Shown here in pieces: positions 26,733 through 38,996 of a DNA stretch of 64,000 bases. Origin of the DNA: Octopus sinensis. Taxonomy: Eukaryota. Made by a program: the position numbers and the translations under genes. The notes below the pieces were generated by a model. The model did not search any database and was not told where the DNA came from. It saw nothing but the letters and a program-made list of their open reading frames with translations. The DNA lies in NCBI RefSeq assembly GCF_006345805.1, contig NC_042998.1:101060001-101124000 (forward strand), in the 5' to 3' direction. The stretch's first letter is position 1. Each line of letters begins with the position of its first letter.

Positions 26733-27052
26733 AAGTATAAGGAAAGGAAAAATAGTAAGTGTAGACGAACTTTAATTCAAATCAAATCCAAGTTGGTACA
26801 CAACCAATATACATTCTACGAATTGTTTTGGAGTCTAATTTATTCCAAAGACAAAGACGAAAATCTCTTCATGAAATACAAATTAGATTCCTCATCAGGA
26901 ATTACATACTGTTATGAATGATTACGACCAACAAAAATATACAAAGACCTTTCGTTGCCCAGACGTGAATTAGACCCCGAAACATTTATAGAATGTATAT
27001 TAAATCAAAGTTCGTCTACACTTAGGATTTTTTTTTTCCTTTCCTTATACTT
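26733..27052. repeat. Inverted repeat pair (about 41-46 bp arms, about 230 bp spacer)
   Basis: aagtataaggaaaggaaaaa...aagtgtagacgaacttt (26733-26773) versus aaagttcgtctacactta...tttttcctttccttatactt (27007-27052). Confidence 0.85.
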
Positions 27053-27199
27053 CATTTACTGTTTTCGCAAACACTGAATATACATTTTTATATATATTCT
27101 TTACTTGGACTTTACTGGCGGACTTGGATGTTTGACAGCCCTTTGAAGGATTTCGATCCTCACCTCTTATATATATATATATATATTATATATATATAT

Positions 27200-27243
<44 letters not shown>

Positions 27244-27304
27244 GGAGCTTCTACAGGACTAGAACTGTTTCATTCAATAGAAATTTTACTCTGCTATGTA
27301 TTGA

Positions 27305-27363
<59 letters not shown>

Positions 27364-27386
27364 ATATGTATATATATACATATACA

Positions 27387-27617
27387 TTTCTTTACTACCC
27401 ACAAGGGGCTAAACATAGAGGGGACAAACAAAGACAGACAAAGGGATTAAGTCGATTACATCGACCCCAGTGCGAAACTGGTACTTAATTTATCGACCCC
27501 GAAAGGATGAAAGGCAAAGTCGACCTCGGCGGAATTTGAACTCAGAATGTAACGACAGACGAAATACGGCTACGCATTTCGCCCGGCGTGCTAACGTTTC
27601 TGCCAGCTCGCCGCCCT
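27387..27617 (-). mobile_element. SINE family A, full length
   Basis: Reverse complement of the 37429 copy. Flanked by the direct repeat tatatatacatataca (27371-27386 and 27618-27633), a likely TSD though low complexity. Confidence 0.9.
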
Positions 27618-28948
27618 TATATATACATATACACACATGCGTTTCCGAATTTGTTAGTTCGTTAGTTTTATAACTAAGAATACCACAATTCAATATACCA
27701 ACATGTTATAATCTACAGTTTGTGTACTTTTACCGGAATATTAGCGCTAGGGTGAATCATCTGTATCAGAATCTCATTAGAAACAAATATATTGTTTATG
27801 ATAAATTTTGAAATCAGTAAACAGCAAAATCTTTGCGAATCAATATCAAAATAAAAGCAAGCAGAAATATATGAAAAAAAATATCTCGGTCGATATTTAA
27901 CGGGAAAATAGAAATTGAATTAGAAATATATCATGGCATAAAAAGGTTATGTGAGTCAATTGGCAGTATGAATTTAAATCATACATGAAGCTATGGAGAA
28001 AAACTTGTAGTTACTACAAAAGTATATAGATACAATTTATTGATGTAATGGTGAATCCGCTACCGTTAAATGATGGAAAAAAAAAATGAAAAAAAAAAGG
28101 CGATAACTATGTTTCACTTAGCCTCTGAAAAGTAAAATGCATATACTATCGACAAAACTAGTTTAAAATCAGGAAATATATATATATATTCCAAAATATT
28201 ATATATGACAAGATTGAGAAAAAATCTTATTTCAATATGTATTTTAAGAAAAAACCCAAAAAACGAAACACGAAAGTGTTTGATATATATATATATGTAT
28301 ATATATATACTCTTTTAGTATATATGTATATGTATATGTATACATATATATATGTGTACGTACGAACGTAAGTATGTTTACATACACACAAACACACACA
28401 TATATATATATAAGGATATATATATGTATACACCCATACATCCATTCATACATACATACATGCATGCATACAAACATACATACATATCTATGTAAATCTG
28501 TGTGTGTGTGTATTACAGAAGTTTTTATTTTATAGCGTATATACATAAAAAAAAACACTCTTAGTATTGATATGTAATATATTTGGTGACCTATATACTG
28601 GTTTTAAAACAATATTTTCTTGCCTATATTTTATATTTTTCAGATTCAGTGAAACCTAGTTATCTCCCTTTTTCTATTAAAAAAGATGATAATGCAAAAT
28701 CTGAAAATCTTTTATATCAGTAAGGGTTTTATGTTTTGTAATGATTATTGCTTTTCCTCAAAACTTTCAAGTTAAATTTTAAAATTACCGTATAAGCAAT
28801 GCTATATCATATTACATTAAGTAAATCTGTGAACTGAGAGTTATGTTAGATCTAACGAATTGATCAATTCTACGAAACGTATTGTGTACTCAATCTAATG
28901 CTCACATATAGAAGCGCGCGCGCACACACATGTATATATGTATGTATG

Positions 28949-29020
<72 letters not shown>

Positions 29021-29024
29021 ACCA

Positions 29025-29400
29025 CCACCTTGACCGACCAGTCCGTCGGGCGTCCATTTGACACCGCTGGTCACAGCACGCTGGATCGCGCCTTTCTCAT
29101 CCACGTGATCCCAATCGCCCTCCTGAAATCGTAACTCCACCATCGTGGAGACCTTCCGATTGGTCGTTTTCGCTCGCTCGGGTACCACTCGACAACTGTG
29201 CGGGTCCACCGATTATCAGTGAGCCGGGCGACGTGTCTAGTCCATATAAACTTGCTGCGTGCATATTCTACGATGACATCCCTCACGCCGGACTTCTATC
29301 TGATGACCTCGCTACTGATGTGCTCTCTCAACGAGATTCCAAGCGTTGAACTCTCCATGGCTCTTTGAGCCGTTAGCACATGTTTCACTACCTTATAACT
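29025..29400 (-). mobile_element. RTE-clade LINE 3' fragment
   Basis: AQRAMESSTLGISLREHISSEVIR*KSGVRDVI...WTRHVARLTDNRWTRTVVEWYPSERKRPIGRSPRWW. Confidence 0.88.
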
Positions 29401-30266
29401 CCTGATATATATATATATATATAAATGGAACAAAAACGCAAAAGAAGACGTTAAAACGTTCGGACAGATAGACGATACAAAGGCGGACAAAGAAACAACA
29501 ATTAGGACAGGCAAAAAAAGACGGGTCATTCTTGACTTTCTTTCATCAGTCAAGTCCCAGAAGTCACGACCATTTCGGGCAGTTAAACTTGAGATAGTTC
29601 GATCTGGTTGCCCCACAAAAAGTCTAAGCTAAGGGCATTAGACCCCTTTGTAAGAAAGCTAGCGAATGTATACGGCAACAAAGACAAAAAACCAAAATAA
29701 AAATGGAGAACATGGTACACAATTACGAATACAAACAACAATAGGCGTTTTTCGACTGAGAATGAATCAAATGGAGTTGGAGTCCATGAAGTGAAAGCTT
29801 AAAGGCAGGAACAAATGGTGTTGGCGGTCGGCAGTCAGGCCAAGAAAGAAAGATCATGGCTGCCTGGACACTTATCACGTGGAAGGAGGAGAGATGGGTA
29901 GGGAACTGCGGGATTGAAGGATTAGAAAAACAGTCAGACAAAGAGAAAGGTACAGGGAAGATAAACGAGTGGGAAATAGTGGGAGTTAAAGAAAGAGAGG
30001 GCCAAGAAATGTGAGAGAGGTGGGGCGAGAAAAAGGAAGAAAAATGAGAAGAGGAATAAAAGATAGAGTAAGAGTCGTACAAAATTTATATATGTATATA
30101 TATATATAACAGACTAATTATTTCAAACCAGCAAGGTTTCTACAGGAGCAGGGACTGGTGAACACAGCTCCCGCATCACTTTGGTGATATCCTAAACGAA
30201 CACACTTCCCGCATCACTTTCATAACCCTTTCTACTAAAAGCACAAGTCCTGAAATTGCATAAACA

Positions 30267-30405
30267 TGACACCCCAGTGTTTCATCCTGCAAGAATAAAA
30301 TGCAAAGTCGACCTTGGTGGAATTTGAACTCAGAACGTAGCGACGAGCGAAATATCGCTAAGCATTTCGTCCAGCGTGCTAACGATTCTGCCAGCTTGCC
30401 GCCTT
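30267..30405 (-). mobile_element. SINE family A, partial
   Basis: caaagtcgacc...gaatttgaactcagaacg...gattctgccagcttgccgcc. Confidence 0.8.
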
Positions 30406-30604
30406 ATACAAAGCTATTAATAACAGCATGTAACTATTGGGTTGCAAAACCATTTTGGATTGAAAAAGTTAAAGGCTGCCTTCTGTCCTCGTTAAATATC
30501 CAAAGGAGGTAAAATGTCACATCCCTAGCGTGGCATAAATAATAAATGCATACATACATACCTACATACATACGTAAATGTATGTATGTATATGTATATG
30601 TGTG

Positions 30605-30666
<62 letters not shown>

Positions 30667-30706
30667 GTGTATCTATAAAATAATATGTTACAATACTCAA
30701 TAGTCA

Positions 30707-30769
30707 AGATAAAACTCTGAGTTTCAGATGCCGAAGTGGATATCCACAACACCATCTCTTCGGTTATCT
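30707..30769 (-). ncRNA. Type I hammerhead ribozyme (U4C core variant) in the PLE 3' region
   Basis: AGATAA-CCGAAGA-GATG(22 nt)CATC-T-GAAA-CTC-A-GAG-T-T-TTATCT: 6-bp stem I, stem II closed by G-C, quasi-palindromic stem III ACTC-A-GAGT. Confidence 0.75.
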
Positions 30770-31528
30770 GGCCATCTGAAAAAACGCTATGAAAAAATAC
30801 CGTTATATAAAGGGAAATTACTGTGTAATAATTCTGCTACTTATATAAAATACGATTAAAATTTCATAGTCTAGTCATACGCTCACATGTGCGCTCGCGG
30901 ACCCACGTGCGTACTTATACGTCACTATGAAAACGTACACATCTTCACTCGCATTTTTCGCCAAATATATACGCATATATATACAAACTCATACACACAC
31001 ACATGTGTACCGTAAAAGTTCATACATACGTCTATATACGCACAAGCACAAGAAAAACCATGGTTAAAGGTAACAGAAAAAAACATAAGGAAGTATACAA
31101 AGCATAAAAACCACGTTCATATACGGACATGCCCTTATGCACCCATACACACACGCCCATATATGTACATACCCGCACATGTTTATATACGAATACACAC
31201 ACACACGCATATACGAAAAATGAATATACATATGCCCCCCCCAAACCCCATAAAAATGGAAAAATACTAAGTAAAAACGTCTATATATATATATGCATTC
31301 TTATGCCCGCACACACGCACGCATCTAAACCACCCACTCATACATATTCACACACGTGTACAAATGAAACTATATACACGTCTATATAGGCACAGGAAAA
31401 AATGCAGGATAGAAAAGTACAGAAAAATACAGAAAAAATTATTATGTGTGAAAATATAAAAATATATGAAATAATAAAAGGTATAATGAGATAAAAAACT
31501 TTTTGGGACATAATATAGAAAGCAAGTT

Positions 31529-33680
31529 CTATCTGTTTTCTTTGGGGGACCAAAAACGTAAAAAAAATTTTGTCACATATGGGCATGATCCGAAAAGTTC
31601 TGTCCTTGAGCTTAGACATGTAGTAGGGTCTAAGCTGCTTTTCCAGATAAGCCATCTCTCCATGTAGCATAGACCGCACTTACCGCTGCCGTTGGTGTAG
31701 GGCTTACATTTGGTCCAAATCGTCCAATGGATGTTATAATCGTCACCTTTATCTTTTAAAGATCAAATATGATTAGATAATTTTGTCGCTTTTCTTTTGT
31801 TCCAGTGCCTAAAACTCAAGGTGTGGTTATTGAACATGGCCTTGAAATTACCCTCTGTAAGGCCCACGTATTTCTTCGTCGAAACGGTGTCTTTAGTGGT
31901 TATAGAGTCCACGGTAGCTTCATAGATGATGGTCTCGGACATGCAAGCTCCATTTAGCGGGCACAATTTTTTATTCCTGCATGAACAGCTGTTTTCTTGT
32001 TGTGGTTTTTGTGTGTTGTGTTTGATTATATTTTTAAAATTGGTAGTTGAACTAAAACTAATTTTTAAATTGTGTTTATTGAAGAGTTTCCTATAAGTAT
32101 GGTTAACTGGAAAATGTCTATCTATCAGTGTTAAAAAATATTTACCTATATTGAAGGTCACCTCAGGTGAGTAAGGGGGTGTAAACCAGATGATCCTCCT
32201 ATTTCTATTTTTTCTCTTCTTTACTGTTGGGCTAGTAACAGGTGTATATTTTATTTTTTTCGCTAAAACCACTATCTTTTAAAGCCTTATTATAAACTAG
32301 GGCAACGCTATTAAAAATGTCCTTATCGGAGGAGAGGCTAGAAATTCTCTTACTAATATTTTTAACTAAATTTTTGAATACTATAGGGGGATGGCATGAA
32401 CCTACATTATTATAACTAAGTCTATCATTGGGCTTCCTATAAGGCTTATAAATATTCTTATTTAGATCTAAGGAAAAGTCTAGGAAATTGACAACCGTCA
32501 GGTTAGTATCTATAGTTATACTAAGTCCGAAGTATTTCATTAATTGGATAATAGTCTTCCTAAAACGATCCTGTGCTGGTCCATTTGTATTAGCGGTTAA
32601 AGCGAGGGCATCATCTTTGTAGATGGCGAAATATACGTCAGGAAATGTCTTACCTAAAGTATCTAAGAGAAAAAATCCAATAAGATCGCAAATGCCTGCT
32701 CCATCATATGACCCCATGCTCACATCGAAAGCACCTTCTGTGTCGGTATTTTTGACCCACTTTGCGTTCTCACTGAAAAGTAAGGTCTTTCTAGCATGGA
32801 AGATTATGTCCTTATCATTTGTACTGATTTCTATAAAATCGCTAGCGAAGACAAGGGCTTTATCTAGCAGTTCTTTAGAGATAGAGGCATAAAAATCAAC
32901 AATATCGAATTGTGTAAACCTCTCTTTTTTCTTATTCTTAATGGCTTCAAACCATTCTACGACTTCTATACTATTGGACTATTGTACTAGCCTAGTAGCG
33001 GTCTTAATTTTCGCATTTATTTTATCTAAAATTTCTTTACTAATAACCCCAAGTTCTGACTTAGCTGGGTTGATAAGCCTACATTTAGGGTTGGAAAGGA
33101 AGTTCTCTTTGTGGTCTTTAATTGTAATAAAGGCCTCTTTTTGGGGAAGGACTTCTATTTTTTGTTATCTAATTGTTATCTAATTGTTATCTAATTTAAG
33201 TTTAGCGGCGATAACGCTAGCTTCTTTATTAATTTCATTATATGTCTGTGACCTAGCCTTAGTGTAATTATTAATGATACTGTTGTGTAAAAGTTGTGTA
33301 TATTTGCTGTTATCTACCAGGTATAAGTTCCTGGTTTTATCCGAAAAAAGTGCTTTTTTCTAGGAGCTTTTTATATGTTTAATATCTTTTTTCAATTTAT
33401 GTTGGAAATTGTCAAAAGACTTACGAAATATTATTTTATTCATGAGTTTCAGTAGTTCCGCTTCGAAATCTTCCAAGCCTTTAATCTTGGGAGGGAATTT
33501 TTTAGATTTTATACGATAGAAAGTATTTTCCATGGTGTCCACTTCTGTATTGAAAAAGAAAGCTTTCCATCTCATGCGCTTAATTAGATCAGTAATTTTC
33601 TCTAAAAGTTTCTTTGAATAAAGTTCCCTTGATGGGATTGGTATGTTTTTCATAGAATAATCTATGTAATATGCGTCCAT
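31529..33680 (-). pseudogene. PLE polyprotein (reverse transcriptase + GIY-YIG endonuclease)
   Basis: MKNIPIPS...IKRMRWKAFFF; DKTRNLY; FITIKDHKENF...CRLINPAKSELG; QFDIVDFYASI; FDVSMGSYDGA; AIYKDD; VNFLD; SCHPP; IIWFTPPYS; CSCRNKKLCPLNGAC...IIYEATV...YVGLTEGNFK; CGLCYMER. Stops at 33360, about 32979 and 31763, a triplicated ttagataacaa at about 33162-33194, and a frameshift near 32235-32270. Confidence 0.92.
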
Positions 33681-34559
33681 ATTAAATTCTTCTGTGTGTA
33701 AGAGTCCTCAACCGATGTTAGGCGATAATCCAAAAAAGCCGTATTAGCTCTTAGTGAAGAGTAGCGTCCTCCAGGAGGTAATTTATTGGTAAAAACGGTA
33801 AGATAACAAAAGAAAGAGACCTCAATATTATGTAAATAGAGGAAATATATATATATATTCTAAGCGTTACCTATCATTCTTGTCTTTTGGCCTTAAGGCT
33901 ATATTTTACTCGTTTCGTCTTTGTCCATCGTCTTAAATTACATTTTTTTGTACTTTCGTATGTCTACTCTGTGTCGTTGTGTTTGTGTGAGGCTCGATTC
34001 TCTGCGTCTTTCGCTGGCACTGCCAACATGGGAAGCTCTCAGTCTTATCATTAATAGTGCGAAACTGAGTATTACCATTTTGGTTGATAACTAATGAAGA
34101 ATTAGGGACCCTCTGTGTCTTATACATATACGTGTTTTATCTGTTGTTGTTTATTTATAATGCATTTTTTCATTTATTAAGTAACGGTACGCAACACACG
34201 CTCAACGTTTATGAACAGTAAGTTTATATATATTCTGTGTGACTCTACTCCTTCTTTACTCTCTCGCCCTGTTACTTCTATTTCTAGCCTGTCCACTTAC
34301 CCCTATTTCTCTCTCTCGCCCTCTCATTTGTATCTGTGGCCTTTCTCCTCCCCTTTCCCCTTCATTTCTTCCCTTATTTCCCTCTATATTCTTCAGGATT
34401 TATTCTAATCCTTCAGGATTACTTAGAAGCACCCATGGAAAAAAGCAGAAGCTTCTGCTTTTTTCCATTTATTTTCATTTATTTTTCATTTATTTCTTAT
34501 CGGGGAAAATCCGATGGATTAATCCCGAAATTGATTCAATATAGAGATAACGCATAAAC

Positions 34560-34680
34560 ATTGAGAGTGTTTATTGAGCAAAAACACCTAAGCTCCACGA
34601 GGCTCCGGCGGGGGTGGGTGGTGAACCCCGCTGTACTCTTTCACCACAACTTTCTCTCACTTTTACATCCTACTTCTGCC
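34560..34680 (+). mobile_element. 5'-truncated SINE-like repeat
   Basis: gagtgtttattgagcaaaaacacctaagctccacgaggctccggc...ctgtactctttcaccacaactttctctc resembles the body of a tRNA-derived SINE I recall from octopus DNA; not verified. Confidence 0.45.
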
Positions 34681-34962
34681 ACAAAGCAGAGGAACCATGG
34701 TGTAACCCACTATGGTGTGGTAAACTTTCAGATCCTAGTCTAGATTGCGAATCCTCTGTACCTCAGGATGGTTCAGCTCTCCACCCGTTAAAAATCACCG
34801 TTTACGGAATGAGGATAACAACGTAGCTTTCGCGCCCGTGCAGCCGCCAGTCTATCGCGTGTGGTGGGTGGATCTTCAAGTTGCCACACGCATTCTTAGT
34901 AGCTTAGAGTAGGCTCGAATTAGGGATTATTCTTTGTGGCTAATGGCGCGAGTCCTGATTGG

Positions 34963-35053
34963 AAGAAGAAGAAGAAGAAGAAGAAGAAGAAGAAGAAGAA
35001 GAAGAAGAAGAAGAAGAAGAGAAGAAGAAGAAGAAGAAGAAGAAGAAGAAGAA
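34963..35053 (+). repeat. (GAA)n microsatellite
   Basis: Directly visible; source of the spurious poly-R/K/E ORFs. Confidence 0.97.
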
Positions 35054-35863
35054 CTCAACACAACATACATACACGGATATATGACGGGATTCTTTCAGTT
35101 TTCGTTTACCCTATCCACTTAGCCACTTGCTAAAGTAGAAAACACGTGACCAAGGTACCGCGTAGTGGAAGTGAACGCATGACTAAGTGGCTAGGAAGCG
35201 TGCTTCTTAAACGACACTGCCACTCCTGCACTTACTTAAAAAAAACTCAAAGAAGGTAGTGAGAATACTAATTTGTAATTACATATTTTTAACAACACAT
35301 TTTTAAAGTGATTGTAGCCACTTTTACCACATGCTTTACTAATTAAAAATAATTAATTTTACAACGTTGTCTGATAATAATTAGGTTTAATGACTTACAC
35401 AGTATTAATTTAATTGAAAAACGAATATTTAGGTTGAAATTTGTTTTTCGAGCAATTTAGTGCGTATATGTGCGCGAGCTGGTGTGTTTTTATGTGCGTG
35501 TGTATGTATGCGCGGAACGAATATTTGTGTATGTGCGTGTATGTATATGTGTGTGTGTGCGTGTGTTTGCACTACTGTGCGAATGCAGCATGGCTGAATA
35601 GTTAGGAAGTGCATTTCACAGTCAAGCTGTCTCGAGTTCAATCCCATTGCGTGGCTGTTACACCAGTGTCTTTTACGTTGTCCTCGAGTCGCCCTAAACC
35701 TTAGGAGTGAAATTTTTATTGTTTTGCTTTATGTATTTGCGTGGCTGAAAAAAATAAGTATGTGTGTTTATGTGTGCGTGCGCGCGTTTGTGTGTGTTTT
35801 TATGTATGCATATGAATGTGTATGTAAGCGTGTGTGTATGTGAGAGTTCGTGAGCATGTATAT

Positions 35864-36100
35864 ATTTCTTTACTACCCACAAGAGGCTAAACATAGAGGG
35901 GACAAACAAGGACAGACAAACGGATTAAGTCGATTACATCGACCCCAGTGCGTAACTGGTGCTTAATTTATCGACCCCGAAAGGATGAAAGGCAAAGTCG
36001 ACCTCGGCGGAATTTGAACTCAGAACGTAACGGCAGACGAAATACGGCTACGCATTTCTCGCCCGGCGTGCTAACGTTTCTACCAGCTCGCCGCTTTCTG
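35864..36100 (-). mobile_element. SINE family A, full length with a 15-bp target site duplication
   Basis: cgtgagcatgtatat at 35849-35863 and 36101-36115. Confidence 0.93.
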
Positions 36101-36660
36101 CGTGAGCATGTATATGAGCCTGCGTATTACTGTGTGTGTACATAAATGTGTGTACATGTGAATGCGTATTTGAGAAAGTGTGAGAGTATTTGTATGTACA
36201 AGTGTAACGTATGATTGTACATGTGACCGTGTTTGTAGGTGTGTGTGTGTGTGTATGTGAGGGCATATATGTAAGAAAGTGTGTTTGTATATGTGTGTAT
36301 ATGTGTGTTCGAATGGGCACAAACGTTACAGAAAATGTGATGTATGCGTGTATGTGAGATCGCGTGAGCGTTTGTATGTGATTGTATGTGTGTATATGAA
36401 TGTAATGAGTATGCTGGTGTCTATATGGGAGGGTGTGCATGTGTGTATGTATGTGTGTGCGTTTTTGTGTGTCTGTGTGTGCGTTGTAAGTGCGCGTATG
36501 TTAGTGACATATATGAGCGCGTATGCGTATGCATATGAGCGAGAAGTATATTTTGTGTGTGTATGTGTGTGTGTTAAATTTATATAAGTGTATCATTGTG
36601 AGTATGTGTGTGAATGCGTGCATGAATGTGTCTGAGTGTAATTTTAGTATATCTTTACTT

Positions 36661-37120
36661 GGCGCAGGAGTGGCTGTGTGGTAAGTAGCGTGCTTACCAA
36701 CCACATGGTTCTGGGTTCAGTCCCACTGTTTGGCACCTTGGTCAAGTCTATTCTACTATAGTTTCGGGCCGACCAAAGCCTTATGAGTGGATTTGGTAGA
36801 CGGAAACTGAAAGAAGCCTGTCGTATCTATCTATCTATCTATCTACCTACCTACCTACCTACCTACCTATCTATCTATCTATCTATCTATCTATATGTAT
36901 ATATATATGTGTGTGTGTGCATATATGTATATGGTTGTGTGTCTGTGTTTGTCCCCGAGCATCGCTTGACAACCGATGCTGGTGTGTTTACGTCCCCGTA
37001 ACTTAGCGGTTCGGCAAAAGAAACCGATAGAATAAGTACTAGGCTTGCAAAGAATAAATCCTGGGGTCGATTTCTTCAACTTATGGCCATATTCAAATGA
37101 CTGAAACAAGTAAAAGAGTA
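36661..37120 (+). mobile_element. SINE family B, full length
   Basis: ggcgcaggagtggctgtgtggtaag...ggttcagtccc...ggcaccttgg; internal (CTAT)/(CCTA)/(TG) tract; 3' end ctgaaacaagtaaaagagta. Confidence 0.9.
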
Positions 37121-37159
37121 TACATCTAATAAGCTTAGCTGCCAACTTTTGTTATTCCA

Positions 37160-37428
37160 GCTTGAAAGAGACGGCTGTAACAACACTATGTAACACATCG
37201 CTCGTCACAGCTGATTGGTTTGCAGAATGATATCAAGGCGTTGAGACGCTTGCTATGCGATAACGTTTTGTGTTCGACTGGGCACAAACGTTACAGAAAC
37301 TTATGAGATGCTCCAGACTACTTATAGATTAACTTGTATGAGCCGAGTATCTGTTTTTCACTGGTACAAGATGCCAAGCGAAGCAAGTTCACAGGGGGAG
37401 CCCATGATGATCAAATTTGCCGAAAGAA
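37160..37428 (+). mobile_element. Mariner transposase N-terminal remnant
   Basis: YAITFCVRLGTNVTETYEMLQTTYRLTCMSRVSVFHWYK matches the mariner HTH (xIKFCVKLGKxATETY...MSRxxVFxW). Confidence 0.75.
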
Positions 37429-37846
37429 AAGGCGGCGAGCTGGCAGAATCGTTAGCACGCCGGGCGAAATGCGTAGCCGGGTTTTTTTCTGCCGTTACGT
37501 TCTGAGTTCAAATTCCGCCGAGGCCGACTTTGCCTTTCATTCTTTCGGGGTCGATAAATTAAGTACCAGTTGCGCACTGGGGTCGATGTAATCGACTTAA
37601 TCCGTGTGTCTGTCCTTGTTTGTTCCCTCTGTGTTTAGCCCCTTGTGGGTAGTAAAGAAATAGGTATTTCGTTTGCCGTTACGTTCTGAGTTCAAATTCT
37701 GCCGAGGTTGACCTTGCCTTTCATCCATTCGGGGTAGATGAATTTAGTACCAGTTATGCACTGGGGTCGATATAATCGACTTAATCCCTTTGTCTGTCCT
37801 TGTTTGTCCCCTCTATGTTCAGCTCCTTGCGGGCAATAAAGGAATA
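37429..37846 (+). mobile_element. Two tandem SINE family A copies (one full, one partial)
   Basis: Full copy at about 37429-37670 and 5'-truncated copy at about 37670-37846, inserted within the mariner fossil. Confidence 0.9.
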
Positions 37847-38290
37847 AGAAAAGGCATCATCTACATCCACTGGATTCTGTCTGGCTAGACTGTCAACGAA
37901 GAGTATTTTGTTGAGATTTCGAGGGAGTTCAAGAAGAGATTTCGCTGCAAAAGTCCACAGTCTTTCCACTTGGGTCAGTGGAACCTGTGTCATGACAATG
38001 AAGCAGTCCACAATTACATCTTGGTAACCAACTACTTGACAGAGATAGGAGTTAAAACTTTCATTAACCCTCTCTACAATGCAGAAATTGCTCTCAATGA
38101 CTTCGGTTGTTACTAAAACTGAGAGAGAACCACAATGGCAGTCGTTTTGAAAACATTGAGATGGTGGTGGCTGTGGCAAGGGTCCTGGACACCTCCACTT
38201 TGGAGAATTACCATGGAGCCTTCACGAAGTCACTAGAGTGTTACAATACGTGTATTGAAGTCAGATGCTCCTAATTTGAAGGAGATTAAA
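37847..38290 (+). mobile_element. Mariner transposase C-terminal remnant
   Basis: KGIIYIHWILSG*TVNEEYFVE...CHDNEAVH...PLYNAEIALNDF...GSRFENIE...CYNTCIEVRCS*FEGD matches the mariner HDNA / YSPDLAPxDF / CIxxxGxYFEG region. Confidence 0.8.
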
Positions 38291-38327
38291 ATGTTGCACG
38301 TCTTTGAAATTAATGTGCATGTGAGTG

Positions 38328-38363
<36 letters not shown>

Positions 38364-38996
38364 GGTTTATTTGCCTATTGTGATGTGAATATTCAAATTT
38401 GTGGTCATGTGTGTGACTGAATCTTTGAGTGCGTGGTGTGTATGTGTATGTGCATATGTTCGTGCGTGCGTGTGTGTTTGTGTGTGTATGTGTGTGCTTT
38501 CATGCGTATGTTTGCATGCGAGACTCGATAATTATGATATTGTATCATCTCTTACACAAATATGCACTAGTTGGATTGCTAAACGTTGTTGAATCAGTAA
38601 TAATTTTATACTAGGAAAGACTATAAAAAAATTATTTTATGCTATATTTCACTCAATACCGTGAAATTTAATTATGCTACTATGTTCAACTTTTGCAAAC
38701 TCCCGCTCTAAAATTAATATCAGAAATCTTTCTGCTATACTCATTTTAATTGCCTCTTTTACAAGCAACTGTAATATTTTTGCTTTCTATCCCCACTTTC
38801 AGTAAGTGCTTTTTAAAAGCTCTGCTTCAATATGCTAAAGGCTCTCTTGCTGATAAAATCACTTGAAAATCATGTAAGGAATTCATAGAATCTTTTGGAA
38901 ACGAAGTTTTCCCAACATTTTCATACCTTGAATAATCTTTAAAAATGTCATCCAAAAATATTTGGAGTTTAAAGGATTTTAAAATATATTGGTCGA

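Larger units (their letters stand above)
30700..33800 (-). mobile_element. Penelope-like retroelement (PLE), near full length, inactivated
   Basis: Single long reading frame with N-terminal domain, RT and GIY-YIG endonuclease, plus a downstream hammerhead. The element boundaries are approximate. Confidence 0.9.

Noticed and set aside
29530-29580. Minus-strand ctgatga-aa-gaaa-gtc hammerhead-like string
   Set aside because: No stem II, no C15.2, and stem I does not pair. At most a relic.
33900-33945. Hammerhead-like attt-aagacga…gaaac-ga-gta-aaat upstream of the Penelope ORF
   Set aside because: C3 and U4 are both lost and stem II does not pair.
34585-34650. HDV-like ribozyme suggested by ctccacgagg
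   Set aside because: P1 and P2 could not be completed, and the segment is better explained as a SINE body.
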